NCBI GenBank assembly: GCA_018644665.1
Contig: JABGQA010000108.1
Coordinates: 3,527-67,526, forward strand
Length of the DNA stretch: 64,000 nt
Direction of reading: 5' to 3'
From: Candidatus Poribacteria bacterium
GTDB taxonomy: Bacteria; Poribacteria; WGA-4E; GCA-2687025
This document shows, in pieces, positions 18,744 through 28,975 of this stretch; the stretch's first letter is position 1, and each line of letters opens with the position of its first letter. The position numbers were made by a program, and so were the translations under genes. The notes under the pieces are model-generated. The model had not been told where the DNA came from. It saw only the letters and a list, made by a program, of their open reading frames with translations, and did not search any database.

Positions 18744-20246
18744 TCAACCGCAGCGGCCCAACGCCGCCCCGATGTCGGCGCCGTCAACCACCGATGCGAC
18801 GGCACGAGCGGTGTCTGCGCGCGCGCGGTCGATGGCGGCTCGGCGCTCCTCGACCCCGGCGGCGTGCGTGTCCGTCGCCGCCTTGAGGCGTTCGGCCATC
18901 GCGGTCACGGACTCGGGCCCCGTGCCGCCGGCGCTGCGGTTGCGCCGCACTGCCGCCGCGGGATCGAGAACCGCCTTCAGCGTATCTACGCCCACAGCGC
19001 GCCCGTGCGTTGCGAGGATCTCGTCGCACATAGCCACGTCGCGGAACGTCGCCTTGCGGTCAACGAGTTCCATCACCAGCTTCCCGACGATGTCGTGCGC
19101 CTCGCGGAACGGCACGCCCGCTTCGCGGGTGAGATAGTTCGCTAACTCCGTCGCCGTTGAGAAGTTCCCATACGTCAGATCGAGCATGCGGTCGGTGTCG
19201 GGCGTCATCGTGCGGACGACCTCGGTCATGATCCCGACGGTGCCCTCGGAGGTGTCCAGGGCTTCCCACAGGGGCGGCTTATCCTCCTGCAGGTCGCTGT
19301 GATACCCGAGCGGGAGACCCTTCAGCGTGGACAGCACGGCCTGGAGCCCCGCGGAGACCTTCGCGGCGCGCGCGCGCGCCAATTCGGCGACGTCTGGATT
19401 TTTCTTTTGCGGCATGATGGAACTGCCCATCGCGTACGAGTCGTCGAGGGTCCACATGCGGAACTCGTAAGACGTGCCGTACACGATATCCGCGGCAAGC
19501 CGCGAGAGATTCGTCATCAGCATTGACAGCGCGAAGAGGGTTTCGATGATGAAGTCGCGGTTGGAGATGACGGCGAGCGCGTGTTCGTCCACGCGGTCGA
19601 AGCCGAGGAGACGCGCGGTCAGGTCGCGGTCGATCTCGAAGTCGGTGCCAGCGAGTGCACAGGCGCCCAGCGGATTGCGATTGACGGTTGCGTAGGACGC
19701 CTGCATCCGACGCAAGTCCTCGACGAATAGCGCGGCGTACGCCGTCGCCCAGAAGCCGAGGCTGATGGGCTGCGCGTGTTGCGTGTGCGTGTAGCCCGGC
19801 ATGACGGCGTCGCCGTGTTCGGCGGATCGATCGAGGAACGCGTCCGCGAGGGCGCAGACGCCCGCTTCGAGGTCCGTGAGTTCCTCGCGGATGGTCATGC
19901 GCGCGTCGGTCACCACCTGGTCGTTCCGCGAGCGCGCCGTGTGCATGCGTCCGCCGGATTGAGCCCCGGCGATGCCGCTCACATACGCCTCGACGTTCAT
20001 GTGGACATCCTCGAGACGGGCGTCCATCACGAACTCCCCGGCTTCCGCCTCGCGACGGGCCTCCTGCAGCGCCGTCAGGATCTCGCGCACGTCATGGGCC
20101 GGGACTATGCCCTGCTTCCCGAGCATCAGCGTGTGCGCTTCGTTGCCCCATATGTCGGCGTGGAGCATGCGCATGTCGTCTGCGGTGGAGTCGGTGTACG
20201 CGAGTACGGACTCTCGCGCGCCGGCCTGTCCGCGTGCGCCCATCAT
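18744..20246 (-). CDS. argH: Argininosuccinate lyase
   Basis: 500 aa with the fumarate-lyase signature GSSIMPQKKNPD and an ArgH-like N-terminal D.......AH..ML...GI pattern. Confidence 0.85.
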   Translation of the reverse strand: MMGARGQAGARESVLAYTDSTADDMRMLHADIWGNEAHTLMLGKQGIVPAHDVREILTALQEARREAEAGEFVMDARLEDVHMNVEAYVSGIAGAQSGGRMHTARSRNDQVVTDARMTIREELTDLEAGVCALADAFLDRSAEHGDAVMPGYTHTQHAQPISLGFWATAYAALFVEDLRRMQASYATVNRNPLGACALAGTDFEIDRDLTARLLGFDRVDEHALAVISNRDFIIETLFALSMLMTNLSRLAADIVYGTSYEFRMWTLDDSYAMGSSIMPQKKNPDVAELARARAAKVSAGLQAVLSTLKGLPLGYHSDLQEDKPPLWEALDTSEGTVGIMTEVVRTMTPDTDRMLDLTYGNFSTATELANYLTREAGVPFREAHDIVGKLVMELVDRKATFRDVAMCDEILATHGRAVGVDTLKAVLDPAAAVRRNRSAGGTGPESVTAMAERLKAATDTHAAGVEERRAAIDRARADTARAVASVVDGADIGAALGRCG

Positions 20247-20337
20247 TGGGTCAAGTTCCTCTCGGAGGCGAACGATAGCGTAGGTGTCGGAGCGCGGGGC
20301 GCCAACGGGTCGGGCGCATCAGGGCCGCCGATCGAAC

Positions 20338-20366
20338 TTGACCGCCGACCCGACCTATGGTAACGT
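20338..20366 (+). promoter_or_regulatory. Candidate sigma70-type promoter for the ileS leader
   Basis: TTGACC (20338-20343), a 17-nt spacer, then TAACGT (20361-20366). The -10 element is weak. This would give a leader of about 295 nt. Confidence 0.3.
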
Positions 20367-20601
20367 AGCCCTGTTGGACGCGTCCCAGACTGTTGGGCGC
20401 GCCCGGACCGAGCACAGAGATCGGATCGCAATGTCCTCCACCGTTAGCAGGCACGACGTTTCGGCCCGTGGCCACTTTTCCGGCCGCGCCGCTATACGAA
20501 TTACGTCGATTAGCCTTAGCCTGCCCCTTATTGGGGCCGGTGTAGCGGGAGGGCATGGGCGCGCCACGGACGAATAAAGCAGACTTAGCGAATTCGGAAA
20601 A

Positions 20602-20637
20602 GCCCATCGTCACCCGCAGGTGATGGTGGGCTTTTTC
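20602..20637 (+). terminator. Intrinsic terminator (attenuator) in the ileS 5' leader
   Basis: GCCCATCGTCACC-CGCA-GGTGATGGTGGGC forms a 13-bp stem with two G-U pairs, followed by TTTTTC. It ends 30 nt upstream of the ileS ATG. No upstream gene on this strand could use it as a normal terminator. Confidence 0.65.
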
Positions 20638-20667
20638 ATGGGCACGCGTAGCAGCGGAGACAGCACG

Positions 20668-23600
20668 ATGGGCGATCGATTTCAGCCGGTGAACACGCGA
20701 CTCGACTTTCCCGAACTCGAACGCGGCGTGCTCGACCTGTGGCGTGAGACGGACATGTTCCGCAAGTCGATTGAGGCGCGGGACGGGTGCAAGCCGTTCG
20801 TGTTCCTGGAGGGGCCGCCGACGGCGAACGGAAAGCCAGGCGTGCACCACGTGCTAGCGCGCGTGATGAAGGACGTCATCTGCCGGTACAAGACGATGAC
20901 TGGGCATCAGGTGCACCGTAAAGGAGGATGGGACACGCACGGTCTGCCCGTCGAGATCGAAGTGGAGAAGGCCCTAGGGCTGGACGGCAAGGAGGAGATC
21001 GAGGCGTACGGCATCCGCGAGTTCGTCGAGAAGTGCAAAGAGAGCGTCCTCGCGTACGAGCAAGACTGGCAGAAGATCACCGAGCGCATCGGCTTCTGGG
21101 TGGACATGGACGATCCGTACGTCACGTTCCACAACGACTACATCGAGTCGGTGTGGTCGGTCCTGAAGCGGTACTGGGATGCGGGACTGCTGTACCAGGG
21201 GCACAAGGTGGTGCCGTACTGCCCGCGATGCGGCACCGCCCTGTCGAGCCACGAGGTGGCCCAGGGCTACGCCGAGGTCGAAGACCCTTCCGTCTATGTG
21301 AAGTTCCGCCTGAAGGACGAGCCGAACACCTACTTCCTGGTGTGGACGACGACGCCGTGGACGCTGCCATCGAACGTCGCGCTCGCCGTGAAGGCGGACG
21401 CCGAGTACGCGCGCGTTCGTCACGGCGATGAGACGTGGATCGTCGCTAAGGCGCTCGTGGAGAAGGTGCTGAGCGAGCACACGGGCTACCGGGCTGCCGA
21501 CGACGTCATGGGGAGCGACCTGGTCGGGACGGATTACGAGCCGCTGTTCGACTTCGCGAATCCGCGCGAGAAGGCGTACTACGTCGTCGCTGCGGACTTC
21601 GTCACGCTGGACGACGGCACGGGGATCGTCCACCTCGCTCCCGCGTTCGGGCAGGACGACTACGATGTCGGGCGCGAGCACGGCCTGCCGGTCGTGCAAC
21701 TGGTCAACACCGAGGGCGCGTTCGTCGACGCCGTTGAGCCGTGGGCGGGCGTGTTCGTCAAGGATGCCGACGCAGGCATTATCGATAACCTGCAGTCGCG
21801 CGGGCAGATGCTGCGGTCCGAGACGATGAAGCACGACTACCCGTTCTGCTGGCGCTGCGATACCGCGCTGCTGTACTACGCCCGCGCGTCGTGGTTCGTG
21901 CGCACGACGGCCTTCAAGGACCGCATGGTCGAACTCAACCGCACCGTGAACTGGCATCCGGGGCACATCAAGGAAGGGCGGTTCGGGGACTGGCTCGAGA
22001 ACAACATCGACTGGGCCGTCTCGCGCGAACGGTACTGGGGCACGCCGCTGCCCATCTGGCGCTGCGTGGAATGCGACCACACGCGATGCATAGGCGGCGT
22101 CGACGAACTGAAGGCCGCGGCCCCGAACACCCCGGACGACATCGAACTCCATCGACCGTACATCGACGAGGTGGAGATGCCGTGCGATGAATGCGGCGGC
22201 GTGATGAAACGTGTGCCGGAGGTCGCGGACGCATGGTTAGACTCGGGCTGCGCACACACGGCGCAGTGGCACGCGCCGTTCGAGAACGCGGACGAGGCCG
22301 CGCGCGCGTATCCCGCCGACTTCATCTCCGAGGCGATCGACCAGACGCGGGGTTGGTTCTACAGCCTGCTGGCGACGGGCGCGTTCCTGTACGACGAGGT
22401 GGCGTACCGCAACTGCCTGTGCCTCGAACTCGTCATGGGCGCGGACGGGCTGAAGATGAGCAAGACGCGCGGGAACATGGTCGACCCGTGGGCAGTGCTG
22501 GACAAGCACGGGGCCGACGCCACGCGTTGGTACTTCTACACCGTCGCGCCGCCGTGGCAGCAGCGCGTTTTCAGCGACGAGACCGTCGGTGAATCGCTGA
22601 AGAAGTTCCTCGGCACGCTCTACAACGTCTACGGCTTCTTCGTCCTCTACGCCAACGCCGACGACATCGACCCCACGGTGGACGTCCCGGCGCCCGTTGA
22701 CAGGCCGCTCATGGACCGATGGGTGCTGTCGCGCTACAACAGCCTCGCGCGGACGGTGCGCGCGCAGATGGACGATTACCAGATCACGCAAGCGGCGCGC
22801 GCCATCGAGGCGTTCGCGGACGAACTGAGCAACTGGTACGTGCGTCGCGGCCGCAACCGATTCTGGGGCTCCTCGGACGCAGCGGACACACGCGCGGCGT
22901 TCGCGACGCTCTACGAAGTGTTGGTCGGCGTCTCGAAGCTGCTGGCACCGTTCGCTCCGTTCGTCTCCGAGGCGATGTATCAGAACCTGGTGAAGTCGGT
23001 CGATGCGGACGCGGCGGCGGGCGTGCACGTCGAGGACTTCCCGACGGCGGACGAGTCGCTCGTCGATGTCGACCTTGAAACCGCGATGGTGTTGACTCGC
23101 GGCATCGTGACCATGGGTCGCGCAGCGCGGAACGACAGCAAGATCCGCACGCGGCAGCCGTTGTCCTGGATAGTCGTCGGTGGGTTGGGCCCAGTCGCGC
23201 AGGCGCAGGTGGGTGCACGGGACGACCTGCACGACGCCATCGTGGGAGAGCTGAACGTCAAGGGGATAGATTGGGCCGACGATCTCAGCGATTACGCCTC
23301 CTACGGGGCGAAGGCGAACTTCCGCACGCTCGGGCAGAAGTTCGGGAAGGACGTGCAGGCCATCGCGAAGGCGGTCGCCGCGGCCGACGGGGAGGCGCTC
23401 CAGGCGGCCTTGCGCAGCGACGGCGAGGCGAGCGTATCGACCGACGTAGGGACGTTCACCATCGACGCTAGCGATGTCGAAGTATCCCTGCAAAGCCGTG
23501 ACGGCTACGCAGTCGTGACCGACGGCGGCGTGTTCGTCGCGCTGGACACCGAGATAACGCCGGAGCTGGCGCGCGAGGGGCTCGCTCGGGAGCTGGTCAA

Positions 23601-23832
23601 TCGCATCCAGGCGATGCGGAAGGAAGCCGACTTCCACGTCGCCGACCGGATCGCCCTATCGGTAGCTGGCGACGCGGACGTGAGCGCCGCGCTGGAGGCA
23701 CATCGCGACTACGTGCTGGGCGAGACACTGGCCACGGAGCTGGTGGACTCGCCTGTAGAGGGCGCCTTCGCCAAGGACGTGAAGGTCGGCGCAGGCGCGG
23801 CGACCATCTCTGTTCGGCAAGTGGCGTCGTAG
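20668..23832 (+). CDS. ileS: Isoleucine--tRNA ligase (type 2, ~1050 aa form)
   Basis: Start at MGDRFQPV (GGAGA 7 nt upstream). It has PPTANGKPGVHHVLAR (HIGH-type) and KMSKTRGN (KMSKS). The editing-domain region includes TTPWTLPSN. Confidence 0.95.
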   Translation: MGDRFQPVNTRLDFPELERGVLDLWRETDMFRKSIEARDGCKPFVFLEGPPTANGKPGVHHVLARVMKDVICRYKTMTGHQVHRKGGWDTHGLPVEIEVEKALGLDGKEEIEAYGIREFVEKCKESVLAYEQDWQKITERIGFWVDMDDPYVTFHNDYIESVWSVLKRYWDAGLLYQGHKVVPYCPRCGTALSSHEVAQGYAEVEDPSVYVKFRLKDEPNTYFLVWTTTPWTLPSNVALAVKADAEYARVRHGDETWIVAKALVEKVLSEHTGYRAADDVMGSDLVGTDYEPLFDFANPREKAYYVVAADFVTLDDGTGIVHLAPAFGQDDYDVGREHGLPVVQLVNTEGAFVDAVEPWAGVFVKDADAGIIDNLQSRGQMLRSETMKHDYPFCWRCDTALLYYARASWFVRTTAFKDRMVELNRTVNWHPGHIKEGRFGDWLENNIDWAVSRERYWGTPLPIWRCVECDHTRCIGGVDELKAAAPNTPDDIELHRPYIDEVEMPCDECGGVMKRVPEVADAWLDSGCAHTAQWHAPFENADEAARAYPADFISEAIDQTRGWFYSLLATGAFLYDEVAYRNCLCLELVMGADGLKMSKTRGNMVDPWAVLDKHGADATRWYFYTVAPPWQQRVFSDETVGESLKKFLGTLYNVYGFFVLYANADDIDPTVDVPAPVDRPLMDRWVLSRYNSLARTVRAQMDDYQITQAARAIEAFADELSNWYVRRGRNRFWGSSDAADTRAAFATLYEVLVGVSKLLAPFAPFVSEAMYQNLVKSVDADAAAGVHVEDFPTADESLVDVDLETAMVLTRGIVTMGRAARNDSKIRTRQPLSWIVVGGLGPVAQAQVGARDDLHDAIVGELNVKGIDWADDLSDYASYGAKANFRTLGQKFGKDVQAIAKAVAAADGEALQAALRSDGEASVSTDVGTFTIDASDVEVSLQSRDGYAVVTDGGVFVALDTEITPELAREGLARELVNRIQAMRKEADFHVADRIALSVAGDADVSAALEAHRDYVLGETLATELVDSPVEGAFAKDVKVGAGAATISVRQVAS

Positions 23833-23983
23833 CTGTGCAGCGACGAAATGGCATTGCCCGTGGAAGGGGGTGAGGCGTCCGTGGGACTTAGTCAGCAGCC
23901 CGAGAACACCGAACCGGAACTTAGCGCCCTACGACACGCGAGCGGCCGGACACGGCGCCTCGCACGAGAGAAGGAACCGACGA

Positions 23984-25525
23984 ATGAGCGATGAACCCGG
24001 GATCGAGAGCCAACGCGTCCACATCTTCGACACGACCCTGCGAGACGGCGAGCAGGTGCCCGGCGCGCAACTGAACCTGACCGAGAAGCTCGAAGTGGCG
24101 CATCACCTGGCGCGTCTGAACGTGGACGCCATCGAGGCGGGCTTCCCATGCTCCTCGCCGGGCGACTTCGACTCCGTCGCGCGCATCGCGTCGGACGTGA
24201 AGGGACCGGAGATCTGCGGCCTCGCGCGCGCAGTCAAGAACGACATCACCGTCTGCGCCGACGCGATCAAGCACGCGGAGAAGCCCCGCCTGCACACGTT
24301 CATCGGCACGTCGGACATCAACGTGCAGTCGCAACTCCGCAAGAGCCGAGATGAGGTCCTGAAGATCGCCGTCGGCGCGGTGGAACTGGCGCGGTCGCTC
24401 ATCGAGGTGGTCGAGTTCTCTCCGATGGATGCGACCCGAACTGATCCGGGTTACCTGTGCGAAGTGGTCGCGGCGACGATCGAGGCTGGCGCGACCATCA
24501 TCAACATACCGGACACCGTCGGGTACGCCGTGCCGGAGGAGTTCGGCGCCCTGATCCGCAGGCTGTTCGACGACGTGCCGAACATCGGGCAGGCGCGCAT
24601 CAGCGTCCACTGCCACGACGACCTGGGCATGGCCACGATCAACTCGATCACCGCAGTGCACCACGGCGCGCGTCAGATCGAGTGCACGGTCAACGGCGTG
24701 GGTGAACGCGCTGGGAACACGTCGCTCGAAGAGTGCGTCATGGCGATCAAGACGCGCGCGAACTACTTCGGCGACATCCACACGCGGGTGAACGCCAAGG
24801 AGATCGTGCCGATCAGTAAGCGTGTGAGCCGGCTGATGAACATGCCCGTGCCTGCAAACAAGCCGATCGTGGGAGCCAACGCCTTCGCGCACAGCTCGGG
24901 TATTCACCAGGACGGGTTTCTCAAGAACCGCGAGACGTTCGAGATCATGAACCCCGAGGACGTGGGTATCTCGGAGAGCGCGCTCGTACTGACGGCGCGC
25001 TCCGGCAGGAACGCGCTGCGACATCGTATGGCGGAACTCGGCTTCACGCTGAGCGACGAGCAACTCGACCAGGCCTACGACCGGTTCCTGAAGGTGGCGG
25101 ACAAGAAGAAGGAAGTCACCGAGGCGGACCTCGAAGCGATCGTGAAGGACGAGATCACGACGGTTCCGCGCGTCTACGAGTTCGACTTCCTGCAAGTGCT
25201 GAGCGGGTCGAATCTCGTGCCAACGGCGACCATCGGTCTGCGCCGCGACGACGAACCGCTGCAAGCCGCCGACAGCGGCGACGGCCCGGTCGACGCCCTC
25301 TACAGGGCGATGGAGCGGATCACGGGTGTGAAGGTCACGGTGACGAGCTATACAATCCATGCTGTGACTGGCGGCAAGGACGCACTCGGGGAGGTGACCG
25401 TCCGCGTACAGCACGAGAGCCGCGACTACGTGGGCGTCGGCGCGAGCACCGACATCATCGAGGCGAGCGCGAAGGCGATGCTCGACGCTGTGAACAAGGT
25501 GATCCACTTCACGCAGTCGGCGTAG
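23984..25525 (+). CDS. leuA: 2-isopropylmalate synthase
   Basis: Start at MSDEPGIESQRVHIFDTTLRDGEQ. HCHDDLGMA, a HxSGIH motif and a C-terminal LeuA dimerisation/regulatory region are present. Confidence 0.9.
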   Translation: MSDEPGIESQRVHIFDTTLRDGEQVPGAQLNLTEKLEVAHHLARLNVDAIEAGFPCSSPGDFDSVARIASDVKGPEICGLARAVKNDITVCADAIKHAEKPRLHTFIGTSDINVQSQLRKSRDEVLKIAVGAVELARSLIEVVEFSPMDATRTDPGYLCEVVAATIEAGATIINIPDTVGYAVPEEFGALIRRLFDDVPNIGQARISVHCHDDLGMATINSITAVHHGARQIECTVNGVGERAGNTSLEECVMAIKTRANYFGDIHTRVNAKEIVPISKRVSRLMNMPVPANKPIVGANAFAHSSGIHQDGFLKNRETFEIMNPEDVGISESALVLTARSGRNALRHRMAELGFTLSDEQLDQAYDRFLKVADKKKEVTEADLEAIVKDEITTVPRVYEFDFLQVLSGSNLVPTATIGLRRDDEPLQAADSGDGPVDALYRAMERITGVKVTVTSYTIHAVTGGKDALGEVTVRVQHESRDYVGVGASTDIIEASAKAMLDAVNKVIHFTQSA

Positions 25526-25589
25526 CGGCGGCGCAATGTCAGACGGGCGGGCGTCGGCCCGCCCTGCCTCACCCTTCGGGAGACGCGCG

Positions 25590-26510
25590 ATGGCGACCGT
25601 CATGACCGTCCGAGGGCCGATCTCGCCCTCCGAATTCGGCCGCGTGCTTGCCCACGAGCACGTGATGGTGGACTTCGTGGGCGCCGATAAGACGGGCCCG
25701 CACCGGTGGGACGCCGACGAGGTGCGCTCCCTTCTCCTGCCCCTGCTGAGGGAGGTGAAGGAGCGCGGCTTCGACTCGTTCGTGGACTGCACGCCCGCGT
25801 ACATCGGCCGTGATGTCGAGTTGCTGCGTCGGTGCTCCGAGGAAGCGGACCTGCACATCCTGACGACCACGGGTTGGTACAAGGCGCCGTACCTCCCCGC
25901 GCGCGCCTTCACACAGTCGGTGGACGAGATCGCCGACGAGTGGACCCGCGAAGTCGAGGGCGGCATCGGCGGCACGGACATCTATCCCGGCTTCATCAAG
26001 ATCGCGGTGAACCCAGGGTCGCTGATCGAGGTCCAGCAGAAGATCGTCCGGGCTGCGGCGCGAACGCACAAGCGCACCGGACTCGTCATCGCATGCCACA
26101 CGGGGCACGGCGTCGCGGCGCGCGAGACCGTGGACCTGCTTATCGAGGAAGAGGTCGACCCCGGCCGCTACATCTTCGTCCACGCTGAGAGCGAGGCCGG
26201 ACGCGAGCACCACAAGGCCATCGCGGACGCTGGTGGATGGGTCGAGTACGACGCCATTGGATGGCGGCCGACGGAGTTCCACGTCGACCTTGTCGGGTGG
26301 GCGCGCGAGCAAGGGATGGGCCCTCGTCTACTGCTTTCGCAGGATTCCGGCTGGTACCACGTCGGCGAGGAAAACGGCGGAGACATCCGGCCGTTCACGT
26401 ACCTGAGCGACGATTTCATTCCCGCGGCGACGGAGGCGGGCATCCCCGCCGATTGGGTCGAGGAGATCCTGACTAGCAACGCCCAGGCGGCGTACTCCTA
26501 CCCCGGCTAG
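25590..26510 (+). CDS. Phosphotriesterase-related (PTE/PHP family) amidohydrolase
   Basis: Start at MATVMTVRGPISPSEFGRVLAHEHVMVDF (HxH). Later FIKIAV (candidate carboxylated Lys), ACHTGH, FVHAE and LLSQD motifs follow the PTE family order. Confidence 0.75.
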   Translation: MATVMTVRGPISPSEFGRVLAHEHVMVDFVGADKTGPHRWDADEVRSLLLPLLREVKERGFDSFVDCTPAYIGRDVELLRRCSEEADLHILTTTGWYKAPYLPARAFTQSVDEIADEWTREVEGGIGGTDIYPGFIKIAVNPGSLIEVQQKIVRAAARTHKRTGLVIACHTGHGVAARETVDLLIEEEVDPGRYIFVHAESEAGREHHKAIADAGGWVEYDAIGWRPTEFHVDLVGWAREQGMGPRLLLSQDSGWYHVGEENGGDIRPFTYLSDDFIPAATEAGIPADWVEEILTSNAQAAYSYPG

Positions 26511-26829
26511 CGGCGTGTCGTCTCGGCCGGGACGCGTGTTCTGGCCCCGCGGAGTAGGCGCCGAGCCGCTGCTGCCAGAACGCGCGACGGCGCTAGTCGC
26601 ACCCGTTCGCGGCCGCTCCGGTAGTCGTCGCCGGAGGCTGCGAGAGCGTACGGCGCCGTCCTCGGGGCATCGCGCGAGAGAGATACGGTCCCGGCAGAGC
26701 GCGGCGTGCGGGCGCCGCTTGCGGGCGAGGCGGTCGCTTGTGTATCGTCACGAGCGTAGGTCGGTGGCGCGCACGGACGGGCAAGGAGCCCGGCTCGTGT
26801 GCCCGCCACAGGAGGTAGACGCGGCGTCC

Positions 26830-28941
26830 ATGATCCGAAGACAGCCCACGGTTTGTGTTACGTACGTCGTCCTGATGGTGTTCGCCCTTGCCCTGACCCC
26901 ACTCCTCGCCCCGGGACAGCCGGGCGAGCCGTTGTTGGGCGGGGTGGAGCGGCTGAGGGCTTCCGACGGTCGGGACATCTCCGGCCATGGTCAGTCGGGC
27001 ATCGTCGGCGCCTGGCTGGATCGCGAGGTTGCCATTGTCGTCACCGGGGACGATGGTCAGCCGGTCGTGGGGGCCCCGGTGCACTTCGTGCTCGTGCGAC
27101 AGCCAGCCAAGGCCAAAGAGGCGCGCGTGGAGCCGTCGATGGCTCGCACCGACACGGACGGGGTAGCGAAGTCCCGGCTGCGACTTGGCACCAAACCGGG
27201 CAGCTATGTCTTGACGGCCACGACGCCGGACATGGCAGGACGTCCTGCATCCATCGAGGTCGACGCGAAGGGCGCCACCTGGCTGGTATTTCTCGTGTTC
27301 GCCCTGCTCGGCGGCCTGGCCATCTTCCTGTACGGCATGGGCCTCATGAGCGAGGGCATGAAGAAGGCCGCTGGCGACCAGATGCGCTCCATACTGGGCG
27401 TGCTGACCAACGTGCGCATCGTTGGCGTCTTGGTCGGGGCCTTCGTGACCGTAGTGATCCAGTCCAGCAGCGCAACGACCGTGATGCTCGTGGGGTTCGT
27501 CGACGCGCAACTCATGTCTCTGGCACAGTCACTCGGCGTCATCCTCGGCGCGGACATCGGCACGACGATCACCGCGCAGCTCATCGCGTTCAAGGTGACG
27601 CACTACGCGCTTCTGGTGGTTGCCGCGGGCTTCCTCGTCCTCTTCTTGGCGAAGAGTGATACGTACCGAGCGGTGGGCGAGGCGCTGCTCGGGTTTGGCC
27701 TTGTGTTCTTCGGCATCCACGTGATGTCCGAGGCCATGTACCCGTTCCGCACGTACCGACCCTTCATCGAATTCCTACTGACGCTCAGGAATCCGATCCT
27801 GGGGATCCTCGTCGGCGCCGCGTTCACGGCGCTCATCCAGTCGAGCAGCGCTTTCACCGGTATCCTCATCGCGCTGTCGCAGCAGGGGCTGCTGAGCCTG
27901 GAGGCGGGGATTCCGCTGCTGTTCGGCGCCAACATCGGCACGTGTGTCACCGCTGCTCTCGCTTCGCTGGGCTCGTCCCGGGAAGCGAAACGCGTCGCCG
28001 TCGCCCACACCCTCTTCAAGGTCGGTGGGGTGTTGCTGTTCGTCTGGTTCATAGGGCCCCTAGCGACGGTAGTGCGTTGGCTATCGCCGGATGTCGCCGA
28101 GGGGGTGTCGGGGATCGCCGCGAATGCGGCGACGGTACCACGACAGATCGCGAACACGCATACCCTGTTCAACGTCGGCATGGCGATCATCTTCTTCCCG
28201 TTCGTGCCCGCGATGGCGCGCCTGGTGGAGTGGGTGATGCCCGACCGCGTAGAGCAGGAGGCGGAGTCGGCCGACCCAAACGTGGTCGTCCCTCAGTACC
28301 TGGATCGCGGGTTGCTCACAACGCCGGTTCTCGCCATCGAACAGGCGCGGCGCGAGATCTTGCGCATGGCGGAATTCGCGCGCGGGATGCTCATGGACGT
28401 AATGCCTGCGTTCCTCACTAACGACATGGAGACGGCCGGGGAGATTCTGCGGCGCGACAACCGAATCGACTCTCTCCAGCGCGCGACCACGCTTTACCTC
28501 ACGCAAGTCGCCCAGCAGGATCTCACGCTGCCACAGTCGCAACGGGTCATACAGTTGCTGCACGTGGCCACCGAACTGGAGCACATCGGCGATGTGATCG
28601 AGAAGGATCTGGTGTCACTTGTAATGAAGAAGGCCGAAGGGCAGATCGACTTCTCGCCCGAGGGGCGCGAGGAATTGGTCGAGTACCACGAGCGGATCGT
28701 CGACAGCTACGACAACGCCATAGAGGCGTTCCAATCGGACGACGCGTTGAAAGCGCAGTTGGTCGCGACTATGAAGCCGCAACTCGTGGCGTTGGAGCGC
28801 ATCTATCGCCAGACGCACTACGATCGCCTGACCGAGGAGCTGTCGCAGTCGGTGGAAAGCAGCCAGATTCACCTCGACCTGCTCGACGGCCTTCGGCGCG
28901 TGAACTCCTACTCAGAGTCCATCGCCACGGCCCTGCTGTGA
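26830..28941 (+). CDS. Na/Pi cotransporter family protein with C-terminal PhoU-like domains and an N-terminal Ig-like ectodomain
   Basis: The ORF-track start at 26515 gives an Arg-rich non-coding-like extension. ATG at 26830 gives a signal/TM peptide. The transporter core shows repeated QSSSATT / QSSSAFT motifs, and the C-terminus has PhoU-like helices. Confidence 0.8.
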   Translation: MIRRQPTVCVTYVVLMVFALALTPLLAPGQPGEPLLGGVERLRASDGRDISGHGQSGIVGAWLDREVAIVVTGDDGQPVVGAPVHFVLVRQPAKAKEARVEPSMARTDTDGVAKSRLRLGTKPGSYVLTATTPDMAGRPASIEVDAKGATWLVFLVFALLGGLAIFLYGMGLMSEGMKKAAGDQMRSILGVLTNVRIVGVLVGAFVTVVIQSSSATTVMLVGFVDAQLMSLAQSLGVILGADIGTTITAQLIAFKVTHYALLVVAAGFLVLFLAKSDTYRAVGEALLGFGLVFFGIHVMSEAMYPFRTYRPFIEFLLTLRNPILGILVGAAFTALIQSSSAFTGILIALSQQGLLSLEAGIPLLFGANIGTCVTAALASLGSSREAKRVAVAHTLFKVGGVLLFVWFIGPLATVVRWLSPDVAEGVSGIAANAATVPRQIANTHTLFNVGMAIIFFPFVPAMARLVEWVMPDRVEQEAESADPNVVVPQYLDRGLLTTPVLAIEQARREILRMAEFARGMLMDVMPAFLTNDMETAGEILRRDNRIDSLQRATTLYLTQVAQQDLTLPQSQRVIQLLHVATELEHIGDVIEKDLVSLVMKKAEGQIDFSPEGREELVEYHERIVDSYDNAIEAFQSDDALKAQLVATMKPQLVALERIYRQTHYDRLTEELSQSVESSQIHLDLLDGLRRVNSYSESIATALL

Positions 28942-28975
28942 TCGTGGTGTCCGCTGAACGCCGCCGTCCGGTCGC

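Noticed and set aside
20540-20575. Canonical T-box 14-mer in the ileS leader
   Set aside because: GGGCATGGGCGCGCCACGG only loosely resembles GGGTGGTACCGCG and lacks a UGGU bulge sequence. I therefore do not call a bona fide T-box, only a terminator-containing leader.
20974-23637. ORFs 20974-22152(-) and 22237-23637(-), opposite ileS
   Set aside because: They are antisense to ileS (HIGH and KMSKS present on the plus strand) and have Arg/Val/Asp-rich artefactual composition.
23921-25981. 686-aa ORF antisense to leuA and the PTE gene
   Set aside because: It fully overlaps two genes with unambiguous family motifs on the other strand. The translation is Arg/Ala/Val/His-rich with no motifs. This is a typical long stop-free antisense frame of high-GC DNA.
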